NCBI GenBank assembly: GCA_963664225.1 | Contig: OY760937.1 | Span: 4,672,001 to 4,736,000 of the forward strand | Direction: 5' to 3' | Length of the DNA stretch: 64,000 bases | Source of the DNA: Verrucomicrobiia bacterium | GTDB taxonomy: Bacteria > Verrucomicrobiota > Verrucomicrobiia > Limisphaerales > UBA1319 | Shown: in pieces, positions 28,755-37,947 of the stretch | How positions within the stretch are numbered: the stretch's first letter is position 1 | How the letters are laid out: each line of letters begins with the position of its first letter | Notes under the pieces: generated by a model | Databases searched by the model: none | The model's input: the letters and a program-made list of their open reading frames with translations, nothing else | What the model was told of the DNA's origin: nothing | Position numbers and translations under genes: made by a program

Positions 28755-29633
28755 ATGAAAATGACCAAGGCACAGATTGAGCGCAAGTTGTCCGAATTGG
28801 CGGCATTGCGGAAGATAGTCATCGCCATAAACAGTCAAATTGGTGATTTGGATGCGGTTGTTCGCCTGATTTTGACCAGCGTGTGTGAACTTATTGGCGC
28901 CCGGCACGGGTCGCTGATGTTGATTCATAGCGGTAGCAACAGCCTGCATATTGCGGCGGTGGTGGGCGACGATTGGACGATGCAGAAGAAGTCGTGTGTT
29001 TTGGCGCTTGGGGAGGGGATTACCGGCCGGGTGGCGGCGACAGGGCAGGCCTATTTGTGCTCTGATGTCAGCAAAGACAGTCATTATTTTCCGTTATTCG
29101 ATTATATTGTATCGGAAATGGCGGTTCCCGTGGTTTCCCAGGGTCGTGCTCTGGGTGTGATCAACGTGGATAGCGAGAGGATGGAGGCGTTCACCCCGGC
29201 GGATATGGATTTGGTGGCGATGCTGGCGGACCACGCAGCGATAGCCATTGAGAATGCGCGGCAATTTCAACTGGCGCGGGCGGATCGTGAGCGCTGGCTG
29301 CAATTATTTAACATGTTGCCGGACGGCGTGCTGCTCTGCGATGCCTCGGGTAATGTGGAGCGCGCAAACGCCCATTTTTCGAGGCTCTTCAATCTGGCGC
29401 CGGACCAGATTTTAGGTTATGCGGTGGATGTGGTTTTAAGGCCGTTTCTGAGTTCGGGGCTCGAGTCTGGTTGGGAGAGTCTTCTTAGGGACGGACAGGC
29501 ATTGAACGCGGTATTTATGGCCAATCAACGCCGGATCCGCATCGTTTACGCGCAGCCATTTCTCATGGGAGACAAGACGGCCATCCTTTTGTGCATGCGG
29601 GAAATGGAGCCTGTCGCTGCCGCGAAGGCATAG
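28755..29633 (+). CDS. GAF and PAS domain protein with no recognisable output domain
   Basis: GEGITGRVA, SEMAVP and LGVINVDS..AFT..D..L..LA.HAAIAIENA (GAF); LPDGVLLCD.SGNVERAN (PAS). Confidence 0.8.
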   Translation: MKMTKAQIERKLSELAALRKIVIAINSQIGDLDAVVRLILTSVCELIGARHGSLMLIHSGSNSLHIAAVVGDDWTMQKKSCVLALGEGITGRVAATGQAYLCSDVSKDSHYFPLFDYIVSEMAVPVVSQGRALGVINVDSERMEAFTPADMDLVAMLADHAAIAIENARQFQLARADRERWLQLFNMLPDGVLLCDASGNVERANAHFSRLFNLAPDQILGYAVDVVLRPFLSSGLESGWESLLRDGQALNAVFMANQRRIRIVYAQPFLMGDKTAILLCMREMEPVAAAKA

Positions 29634-29637
29634 GGGA

Positions 29638-31272
29638 TCAAAGAGGATAATCGGGGTATTTTTGGGCGATTTCCATGCCGACCTTTTCCGCACGGTCCGC
29701 GTGGTCCGATTTTTTAAGGGTTTCGCGCCACTGAAGCAGCAAGCGAAGCGTCTGCATGGGTGAGGGCGATTGTTTCAAGGCATCTTCGTAGTTGGCGGCG
29801 GCGGCGTTGTATTCCTTTCGTTCCAGATTCAAGTCACCCAACTTTTCAAGAAGAACGGCGCTGCGTTTTGTTAAGGGCAGTTCCTCCAGGTATTTGATGA
29901 GTTCCATTGTGGGAGTTCCTGTGGCCTGGTTCAGGTTGACCGCGCGCAAGTGAGACCATTCGATTAGTGGACTTTCACGGCGTTTCAGGTTCTCGTGGAG
30001 CGCGCCAGGCGCGATCCCAAAGGGGCGATAAAGGGGATCTCCAACCACGGTGGTTTGCCAGGAAAGCATGATTTGCGAGGCATAGGCGGCCTCACCAAAA
30101 GAATAACGACTCAAAATGCGTGAAAAAAACACACTCAAATTGGGTGTGCCCAGGAGGTAAGGTTCCTGCACGCTTCCCATGGTGGCGGTGGCGCCCTTGG
30201 CCAGAAGGGGTCCGACCCAGTTCTGGGTGCTGCTGCGGATGGCGACTCCGCCAAAGGAGTGGAGGTGATAGGCAATGGCGCCGGGCATGAATTCGACTTT
30301 AGGTTGGGTGAAGGGGCCGTTGACTTGCTCAGTCCACCACCCGGCATAAAAAGCCACCTGACTGAGTGGAAACCAAGCGGGCAAAAGTTCGGGTTTGTCG
30401 TCCAGAAAAGTCTCGAAACCCATCCGCCTGGTTGTGGCGGCGGCACTTCGGATCCAGTCGTCCCCCGTTTTATAGTTGGTATTGGTGAAACCGCGGGCAT
30501 CGAAATAGGCGCGTCCCCAGAGTCCATTGGTTTCGGCATCCATTGCCTTGTCCACCAATGCCTTGGCGATTACCGACGACGGGCCATCCAATCGCGCGGT
30601 GATGAGGACTCCGTTGGTTGGATGGATCAGGGCGGTATTGGTGTTGCCATAAACCGGATTTGGAAAAGGGCCGAACAGGCGGTAGCCATTTTTTGAAATG
30701 GGCAGAAGCGCCATTTCGCTATCGACAGCCGCTTCGTTGCCACGCAGTTCGGATTTTACATCGTCCTCTCCCGGTTCTTTCAAATTGGCATCCTTGATGA
30801 TTCGAAAGGGAACGCCATAGCAAAAGACCAGATAACGGATTTTAGATTGAATCAGGCGATAGTTAATCTGTCCGGGTTTGCTGGCGGTGGCCGGGACAAT
30901 GTCGCTTTGGAATTGGAACAGTTTGCGATCCTCCAGGGTCTGCAGAACGGGGAGCTGGAGTCGGTCTCGGAAATCGGCGCGGGTGAAATTGTCAGTGGTG
31001 GGCAGTGCCAATCCCAGGATCTGGCCCGGAGGGATATGTCGCAACGCCGCGTAATGATCGGCCACCTCTTTTGATTCGGGCGATGCGCTATTATAGACCA
31101 CAAAGACTTCATCGCCTGGATTCGGTTGAGCGTGCGTTGCGAGCGGCAGCCCGAGAATGGCCAGCAGGGAGAGCAAACATCCCAGATTAAAGAGGCCGCG
31201 GTGAGACGCAACCTGCGCGCACGATACCGCTTCGATTCTGATTCTGGAGGTATGTTTGGTGCGGGTGTTCAT
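29638..31272 (-). CDS. TIGR03790-like secreted protein with a C-terminal TPR-like segment
   Basis: VVYNS..ES, AAVDSE, RLDGP, GAIAYHLHSF, GATATMGSV.EPYL and GDPLYRPF motifs. Confidence 0.8.
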   Translation of the reverse strand: MNTRTKHTSRIRIEAVSCAQVASHRGLFNLGCLLSLLAILGLPLATHAQPNPGDEVFVVYNSASPESKEVADHYAALRHIPPGQILGLALPTTDNFTRADFRDRLQLPVLQTLEDRKLFQFQSDIVPATASKPGQINYRLIQSKIRYLVFCYGVPFRIIKDANLKEPGEDDVKSELRGNEAAVDSEMALLPISKNGYRLFGPFPNPVYGNTNTALIHPTNGVLITARLDGPSSVIAKALVDKAMDAETNGLWGRAYFDARGFTNTNYKTGDDWIRSAAATTRRMGFETFLDDKPELLPAWFPLSQVAFYAGWWTEQVNGPFTQPKVEFMPGAIAYHLHSFGGVAIRSSTQNWVGPLLAKGATATMGSVQEPYLLGTPNLSVFFSRILSRYSFGEAAYASQIMLSWQTTVVGDPLYRPFGIAPGALHENLKRRESPLIEWSHLRAVNLNQATGTPTMELIKYLEELPLTKRSAVLLEKLGDLNLERKEYNAAAANYEDALKQSPSPMQTLRLLLQWRETLKKSDHADRAEKVGMEIAQKYPDYPL

Positions 31273-31309
31273 GTCTGCTCTGATATCATAGACGCAAAAA
31301 CGGGGCATT

Positions 31310-32095
31310 TTATTCTACGACGACCTTTAATCCGTCGTAAGCCAGCCAGACGCCGGGTGGGAGTTCGGCTTGATCCTTGTCGTGGTCGTATTCGTGGGTT
31401 AAATGGGTAAAAAAGGTGCGTTTCGCGCCAATGCGCCGGGCTGCGGTCAGAGCCTCATCCAGGCACATGTGGGTCCAATGCGGTGTATGGCGCAGGGCGT
31501 CGAGAACGACCACGGACACCCCGCGAATCAGTTCCAGGGCGGGCTCGGGAACCTCCTTGCAATCGGTCAAATAGGCCAGCAATTTCGCGCCATTGCGTGA
31601 GAAAAGGTAGCCGGTGGTGGTGGTTTTGCCATGGGGCAGGTCCATCGGGGTTACCTCCAAATCCCCCAATTGAAACGGCCCTTCCACCAGGTGGGGTTCG
31701 GGTATGAAATAGCCTTTGGGGTGGGGTCCATCATGGAAGGCATAGGCGAACACCCGTTTAAGATTGTTCATGGATTCGAGACTGGCGTAGATGGGCAGGG
31801 GCTTGTCGTGGCGCAGGTCGCAAAAACGGCGGCAATCGTCCATTCCCATGATGTGATCGGCGTGGGCGTGCGTGACCAGCACCGCATCGATATGCTTTAT
31901 TTTTTCCCGCAAAATCTGAATGCGAAATTCCGGCGGGGTATCGATGACAAACTGAACTTTCTGCGTGGCCACGTAGATGGCGGGACGCAGGCGGTGGTTT
32001 TTGGCGTTGGCGAGATACGCTGGTGGATAATCGTGTCCGATAATGGGCACTCCTTGAGAAGTGCCGGAACCCAGGAAGGTAAATTCGAGCGACAT
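31310..32095 (-). CDS. MBL-fold metallo-hydrolase (PhnP-like)
   Basis: [21 protein letters not shown] and THLTH motifs. Confidence 0.9.
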   Translation of the reverse strand: MSLEFTFLGSGTSQGVPIIGHDYPPAYLANAKNHRLRPAIYVATQKVQFVIDTPPEFRIQILREKIKHIDAVLVTHAHADHIMGMDDCRRFCDLRHDKPLPIYASLESMNNLKRVFAYAFHDGPHPKGYFIPEPHLVEGPFQLGDLEVTPMDLPHGKTTTTGYLFSRNGAKLLAYLTDCKEVPEPALELIRGVSVVVLDALRHTPHWTHMCLDEALTAARRIGAKRTFFTHLTHEYDHDKDQAELPPGVWLAYDGLKVVVE

Positions 32096-32104
32096 GGGCG
32101 GTAT

Positions 32105-32446
32105 TTATGGCTTTTCGCTGGAGGGAACGTGATTGGCCACCAGGCGTTCAACGGGACGTCCGCCGATCAGGTGGGATTCGATGATTTCCGGGACATCCGA
32201 GGGCTGGACATGGGCATACCAGACTCCGTCCGGGTAAACCAGGACGGCGGGTCCAATATCGCAAAAACCGACGCTTGAACAATCCGTACACATGAAATCG
32301 CCCTTGATCGCCCGTTTTCGCTGCAGGCCGCGGGATCTTAGCTCCTCCAGGAACCGTGCTTTCACGGCGGCGGACCCGTTTCTGGTGCAGGATTCTCCGT
32401 TGCACACGAAGACATGCTTTTTGAAAGGTATCAAATTTTCGGCCAT
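32105..32446 (-). CDS. Thioredoxin-like [2Fe-2S] ferredoxin
   Basis: HVFVCNGESC...GFCDIGP.VLVYPDGVWY..V...DV.EI..SHL..GRPVERL. Confidence 0.85.
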   Translation of the reverse strand: MAENLIPFKKHVFVCNGESCTRNGSAAVKARFLEELRSRGLQRKRAIKGDFMCTDCSSVGFCDIGPAVLVYPDGVWYAHVQPSDVPEIIESHLIGGRPVERLVANHVPSSEKP

Positions 32447-32509
32447 GGCTAAAAAATTCTTTTGCCCAAATCTCGCACAATCGCCAGATTCAGCCCGTGT
32501 AATTTTGCC

Positions 32510-34204
32510 ATGTTATCCACGTTGCGCATTAAAAATCTTGCCCTGGTCGCCGATTTGACCCTGGACCTTCGGCCCGGCTTCAACGCGATCACAGGGGAAA
32601 CCGGGGCGGGCAAGTCCATCATCATCGGGGCGCTCAACCTTGTTCTGGGCGAGCGGGCGGACCGCAATTTGATACGAGCCGGGGAGGAGAGTTGCTCGGT
32701 GGAGGCGGTGTTTGACTTGAAAGGATTGAAGACTCCGCTGGCAAGCATACTCGACGAATGCGGGATGGAGCCATCGGTCGATCATCAATTGATGCTCAAA
32801 AGAGTGTTCACGGCGGCAGGGGCCAATCGTCAATTCGTCAATGGCTCGCCCGCCACATTGACCGTTCTGGCGCGGATAGGGCAATGGCTTGTGGATATGC
32901 ACGGTCCGCATGATCATCAATCCCTGTTGCAGCCGGTCCAACAGATGGAGGTGCTGGATGCCTTTGGAAAACTTGAACCGGCGCGCGAGGCGTTTGCCGG
33001 ACTGGTGGCTCACCGGGCCGCGTTGATTGCGGAGAAGGCGGCCCTGATCATGGACGAGCGGACCTATGCGCAACAGATGGATCTGCTGCGGTTCCAGGTT
33101 CATGAGATCGCGGATGCCCATTTGGAGCCTGAAGAGGAAACCCAGGTGGAGGCGGAGCACAAGCGGGCTTCAAACGCAGCGCGACTGCTGCAACTGGTTC
33201 AACAGGCGCTGGGCCTTCTCGATGATGGTGATGCGAACATGCTGGCGCAGGCGGGCGGGTTGGGGCGAGTGCTCCATGATTTGAACAAGATCGATTCCAC
33301 GGTAAACGAACTGGTGGCCACGCATGAGCAGGCTGTGAACGCCTTGGGCGAGTTGCGCGATGGTTTGAGCCATTATGCCGACCGCGTGGAATTGGATCCT
33401 GCCCGTCTTCAGGAATTGGAGGAACGCCTGAACCTGATTCACTCCCTCAAACGCAAGTATGGGGCCACTGTGAGTGACGTGATCGCCTTTGGCGAGGAGG
33501 CGCGCAAAAAATTGACCAGTCTGGAACAGCGCGAAGGGGAACTGGCCCGGTTGCAGGGCGAAATTGGGCGCGTGGAGAGTGAATTGTGGCGGGCGGGAAC
33601 GGACCTTTCAATGCGTCGGCGCAAGATCATTCCGCAGTTGTGCAAGGCTGTGAGCAAGCAACTGTCCGACCTGGGATTCAAACAAAGCCAGTTCGGAGTT
33701 GCGCTGCAAAGCGTCAGTCCGGAGACCTTCGCTGGAAAGGCGATTGAGTTTGGAACCCACGGAATTGACTCGGTGGAATTTCAATTTGCGCCCAACGCGG
33801 GCGAGCCGGAACGCCCTTTGCGGGCCATCGCGTCCTCCGGGGAAATGGCGCGTGTGATGCTGGCGCTCAAGACGGTTCTTGCCGCCGAGGACCGTATTCC
33901 CGTGCTCGTTTTCGATGAGGTGGATGCGAATATCGGCGGCGAAACCGCCCGGACCGTGGGCCTGAAAATGGGCCAGATCGGGCTCAAGCACCAGGTCCTG
34001 TGCATCACGCATCTGGCCCCGGTGGCGGCTGCGGCCGCGGCGCATTACCGGGTCATCAAGGACAACCGGGATGGACGCACTTTCTCGCATATCAGCCTCC
34101 TTGATAAGAGCGAGCGCGTTGAAGAATTGGCGCGCATGCTGGGCGGGGCCTCTGCGGCCGCGCGCAAACATGCGGAGGAGCTTTTGAAGACGTCAGCAGA
34201 TTAG
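32510..34204 (+). CDS. recN: DNA repair protein RecN
   Basis: GETGAGKS, ASSGEMAR, FDEVDA and CITHL motifs; ATG at 32510. Confidence 0.96.
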   Translation: MLSTLRIKNLALVADLTLDLRPGFNAITGETGAGKSIIIGALNLVLGERADRNLIRAGEESCSVEAVFDLKGLKTPLASILDECGMEPSVDHQLMLKRVFTAAGANRQFVNGSPATLTVLARIGQWLVDMHGPHDHQSLLQPVQQMEVLDAFGKLEPAREAFAGLVAHRAALIAEKAALIMDERTYAQQMDLLRFQVHEIADAHLEPEEETQVEAEHKRASNAARLLQLVQQALGLLDDGDANMLAQAGGLGRVLHDLNKIDSTVNELVATHEQAVNALGELRDGLSHYADRVELDPARLQELEERLNLIHSLKRKYGATVSDVIAFGEEARKKLTSLEQREGELARLQGEIGRVESELWRAGTDLSMRRRKIIPQLCKAVSKQLSDLGFKQSQFGVALQSVSPETFAGKAIEFGTHGIDSVEFQFAPNAGEPERPLRAIASSGEMARVMLALKTVLAAEDRIPVLVFDEVDANIGGETARTVGLKMGQIGLKHQVLCITHLAPVAAAAAAHYRVIKDNRDGRTFSHISLLDKSERVEELARMLGGASAAARKHAEELLKTSAD

Positions 34205-34277
34205 CAGGCTTTTGCCAAACACAGAGCCATACGCTGACGACCGCTGAAGAATTGTAACAACGAAATCGGGATAATTT

Positions 34278-36788
34278 ATGGCCAAATCGATAAAATCACT
34301 GATGCGCTCCATCCTACTTTTTGCGGCGGTTTTCGCTTTGGTCAGCGTTCAAGCGGGTGAGGCTCAAATTGAGGTCAAGGCCGGGCAAACTCTGCACCCT
34401 ATTTCGCGGTATCTCACGGGAGCGTGCATCGAGGATGTGAACCACGAGATCTATGGGGGCATTTATAGCCAGATGGTTTTCGGTGAGAGTTTTCAGGAGC
34501 CAGCGCCACCGTTGCCGTTTAAAGAATTCACAGCCTACGGAGGGCGCTGGACGCCGCGTGACGGCGGAATTGAAGCCGAGGGCGGAGACGGTTTCAAATT
34601 GGTGGCCAGGGAGCCGATGCTGTCCACGGGGGAAGTGATGGTGGACCTGTTGTTTCCAGAAAAAAAGGGGGGCAATGCGGGGCTGATCATCAATGTGGGA
34701 GAACCGGGCCTTGGGGCGGATCGCTTCGTCGGCTACGAGATCGCGCTGGATGTTTCGGGTCGGCTGATTCTGGGCCGACATCGGCAGAACTTCGAGCCGA
34801 TTCGCGAAGTGCCGTGCGAGGTGCCCATCAACCAGTGGATCACGCTGGGGGTGCGCATGACAAACGCCACGTTTGAGGTGTTAGTCAACGGAAAGACCAT
34901 TACACAATACGAGGACACACAGCATCCATTGACTGCGGGGCGCGTGGGGCTGCGCACGTGGCGACAGGACGCCTGGTTTCGCAATCTCCAAATCAACACC
35001 GCAGACAAGCGTCATGCGCTGGCGTTTGATGTCGCCGACGGTGCCAGTCCGGGTGGTGTCAGCGGCATGTGGCGCGCCGTGCGCCGTGGGACCGCACAGG
35101 GAGCGTATTTGCTGGAAACCAATGCCGCCTTTGCCGGGAAACAAAGCCAGCGCATGACGTTCGTTGGCGGGGAAGGGGAGATTGGCATCGAGAACCAGGG
35201 CCTCAACCGCTGGGGAATGAATTTCGTCAGGAACAAGCCCTATGAAGGCCATGTTTGGGCGCGGGCGGATAAACCAGTGGAACTCATCGTGGCGCTTGAG
35301 AATCGCGATGGAACCGTCGTGTATGCTGAAAAACGTCTCACAGTGGCCAAACTCAAAGAAGACAAATCAGCCAAAGGAACAAACTGGCAACGACTGAGTT
35401 TTACACTCACGCCATCGGCCGACGACAAAGCCGGACGCTTTACCATCAAACTCAAACACTCCGGTTCTGTCGTCGTGGGTCATGCCTTTCTCCAGCCCGG
35501 CGAGTGGGGACGGTTTAATAAACTTCCTGTGCGCAAGGACGTGGTCGAGGGGCTTATCGATCAGGGAATCACGGTGCTGCGCTATGGCGGATCAATGGTC
35601 AACCACCCGGAATACCAATGGAAGAAAATGGTTGGACCGCGCGACCGGCGTCCACCCAATGCCGGCACCTGGTACCCATACTCCTCGAACGGCTGGGGCA
35701 TTCTTGATTTTCTGAACCTTTGCGAAGCGGCCGGTTTCCTGGCGATTCCGGATTTCAACGTCAATGAAACCGCTCAGGACATGGCGGATTTTATCGAATA
35801 CGTCCACGGTTCCGCCGACACACAATGGGGACGCGCACGCGTTGCGGACGGACACCCGGCTCCCTATAAACTCAAATATATCGAGCTGGGAAACGAGGAG
35901 CGGGTCGATGAAAGCTACTGGCAGAAATTCAAGCCGCTGGCGGAGGCGATTTGGGCCAAGGACCCGGACATCACGATTGTGGTGGGTGATTTCGCCTATG
36001 GGAATCGCATTACGGATCCTTATCATTTCGACGGCGCCGCCTCCGGAATCACCACGCTGGCCGCGCATAAAAAGATTCTTGAGCTGGCCAAAGCACACAA
36101 TCGCGAAGTCTGGTTCGATCTTCACGTTTGGACCGAGGGGCCCAGGCCGGATTCCACGCTTGCGGCAACGCTCTCTTACATCGATGCCATGGGGCGCATC
36201 GCCGATGGAGCGCGTCACAAAGTGGTTGTGTTTGAGCTTAACGCGAATAATCCAACCCATCGCCGTGCCCTGGCCAACGCCGTGGCCATCAATGTCGCAG
36301 AACGCGATGGACGGCTGCCGATTGTCACCTCCGCCAATTGCCTCCAACCTGACGGCCAGAACGACAACGGATGGAACCAGGGGTTGTTGTTTTTGAATCC
36401 CTCAAAGGTCTGGCTCCAGCCTCCAGGCTATGTCACGCGAATGATCTCGAGGAATTACGAACCGCGCGCCGTTGGGTGCGAGGTCAAAAGCCCTGACGAC
36501 AGCCTCGATGTGAGCGCGAAACGCAGCGAGGACGGCAAGACACTCGTGCTGCAAGTGGTCAATACCAGCAAAAATGAGATGATGACAAACATCCGTATCG
36601 CGGGTTTTGCACCGACCAAGACTTCCGCAAAAGTAGAACAACTTGTGGGATCACTCGACGCCCGGAACAAGGCTGAGGCTCCGGAGCAGATCAAAACGAC
36701 TTTCCAACAATGGCCCCATGAATTGAAGAATGAAGAGACCGTTTACCATTTTCCTCCATACTCGTTCACGGTGATGCGGTTTGAATGA
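34278..36788 (+). CDS. Secreted alpha-L-arabinofuranosidase-like protein (GH51-like) with an inserted DUF1080-like domain
   Basis: EDVNHEIYGGIYSQ, ENQG, GHPAPYKLKYIELGNEE and C-terminal FPPYSFTVMRF motifs. Confidence 0.8.
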   Translation: MAKSIKSLMRSILLFAAVFALVSVQAGEAQIEVKAGQTLHPISRYLTGACIEDVNHEIYGGIYSQMVFGESFQEPAPPLPFKEFTAYGGRWTPRDGGIEAEGGDGFKLVAREPMLSTGEVMVDLLFPEKKGGNAGLIINVGEPGLGADRFVGYEIALDVSGRLILGRHRQNFEPIREVPCEVPINQWITLGVRMTNATFEVLVNGKTITQYEDTQHPLTAGRVGLRTWRQDAWFRNLQINTADKRHALAFDVADGASPGGVSGMWRAVRRGTAQGAYLLETNAAFAGKQSQRMTFVGGEGEIGIENQGLNRWGMNFVRNKPYEGHVWARADKPVELIVALENRDGTVVYAEKRLTVAKLKEDKSAKGTNWQRLSFTLTPSADDKAGRFTIKLKHSGSVVVGHAFLQPGEWGRFNKLPVRKDVVEGLIDQGITVLRYGGSMVNHPEYQWKKMVGPRDRRPPNAGTWYPYSSNGWGILDFLNLCEAAGFLAIPDFNVNETAQDMADFIEYVHGSADTQWGRARVADGHPAPYKLKYIELGNEERVDESYWQKFKPLAEAIWAKDPDITIVVGDFAYGNRITDPYHFDGAASGITTLAAHKKILELAKAHNREVWFDLHVWTEGPRPDSTLAATLSYIDAMGRIADGARHKVVVFELNANNPTHRRALANAVAINVAERDGRLPIVTSANCLQPDGQNDNGWNQGLLFLNPSKVWLQPPGYVTRMISRNYEPRAVGCEVKSPDDSLDVSAKRSEDGKTLVLQVVNTSKNEMMTNIRIAGFAPTKTSAKVEQLVGSLDARNKAEAPEQIKTTFQQWPHELKNEETVYHFPPYSFTVMRFE

Positions 36789-36977
36789 GATGATCCTGAG
36801 AACTGCGGAAGATTGAACCACAACGCCGCCCAACTTCCAGGCCGCATCTTGCCAATCGCCGGGAGCTGAAATTTCTGATTGCGGTTGATTGTTGTCGCTA
36901 CAGTTGTGCGCAGTTTGTAAGGTCAGCAACTAATTGCTTTGCGCCACCTGGATTGTATGTCCATCCTTGAACAGACG

Positions 36978-37601
36978 CTATGCAGTTCGTGCATGCTTCA
37001 GTCTGGTTGACAAACCGATACATCCGATCCCCATTAACCAGAGAACGTACGGATGCGGCTCAGGAATCGGCACTACTTCAACCGCGTCCAAGTAGAACTC
37101 TGTTCCAGTCGGAGTAAAACCCAGAATTGAGGATGTCCCATTCGCCACCACGGTCGTCGAAAAGTGTTCCCATACGATCTGAAGCCCCCGGTTTTGCCCT
37201 GGATCATAATCATGTGGCTGTGTGGTAAATGTAGCCACAGATTGGCCATTCCAGGAGATGTCTATAGTGGTGCTTCGCGAAAAAAGCAAATCATCAGCCG
37301 CGAAGAAAGAGAGCCGATACATCTGGCCTCGGGTGGTTGCCAGCGGTTGATAGACATATGCTGCTATGGAGGCATAATTTACGCCCTCTGGAGCATTGGG
37401 CCAACTTGTCATCAAGCTTTCCACCCCATACCAAGGAGTAAGAGGCCAACCATTGAAAATTTCAAAACTTCCATTTTGCACGATGCTTCGAGCGTTTAGT
37501 GTATAAGCGCCTGCACCATTGCTGGTAAGCGTGAAAAGCCCGGGCGAAATCAATAGGATTACACTCTTAAGAAAGATGCTGACCATGCAATGCCTGGTCA
37601 T
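36978..37601 (-). CDS. PEP-CTERM-anchored small surface protein (carbohydrate-binding-like fold)
   Basis: Signal peptide; NGSFE and LDAVEV jelly-roll pattern; IPEP plus a hydrophobic helix and a basic tail (TRLKHAR). Confidence 0.75.
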   Translation of the reverse strand: MTRHCMVSIFLKSVILLISPGLFTLTSNGAGAYTLNARSIVQNGSFEIFNGWPLTPWYGVESLMTSWPNAPEGVNYASIAAYVYQPLATTRGQMYRLSFFAADDLLFSRSTTIDISWNGQSVATFTTQPHDYDPGQNRGLQIVWEHFSTTVVANGTSSILGFTPTGTEFYLDAVEVVPIPEPHPYVLWLMGIGCIGLSTRLKHARTA

Positions 37602-37884
37602 AATGTGCCGTTAGTTGACATATTATATTATATAGGCCGAAAGAATATGAACATAATTCACTTGAACAAAAGTTCAAAAAATCAATCAGCAAACTGAGAG
37701 CAATATTTGCAAAAAACAAAAAGTTGTCAATTAAGATCAAAGAATTAGCGGCATGCCATGATTACTCGCTTGGAAGGTGATGGTGTTTCATGGTCGAATA
37801 ATTGTGAAAGCCTATTTCATTGATCTTTTATACGGTCATTCCATCTACTGTTTTTATGGTGAGTGGTTGATTATAAAAGTACAC

Positions 37885-37928
37885 AAAAAAGCGCGGAAGC
37901 CGGACCCATCGGGCAAGACTTCCGCGCT
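37885..37928 (-). terminator. Intrinsic terminator after the 2413-aa gene
   Basis: Minus strand AGCGCGGAAG...CTTCCGCGCT followed by TTTTT. Confidence 0.7.
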
Positions 37929-37947
37929 GAGTTAATCGCTGTCGCGG

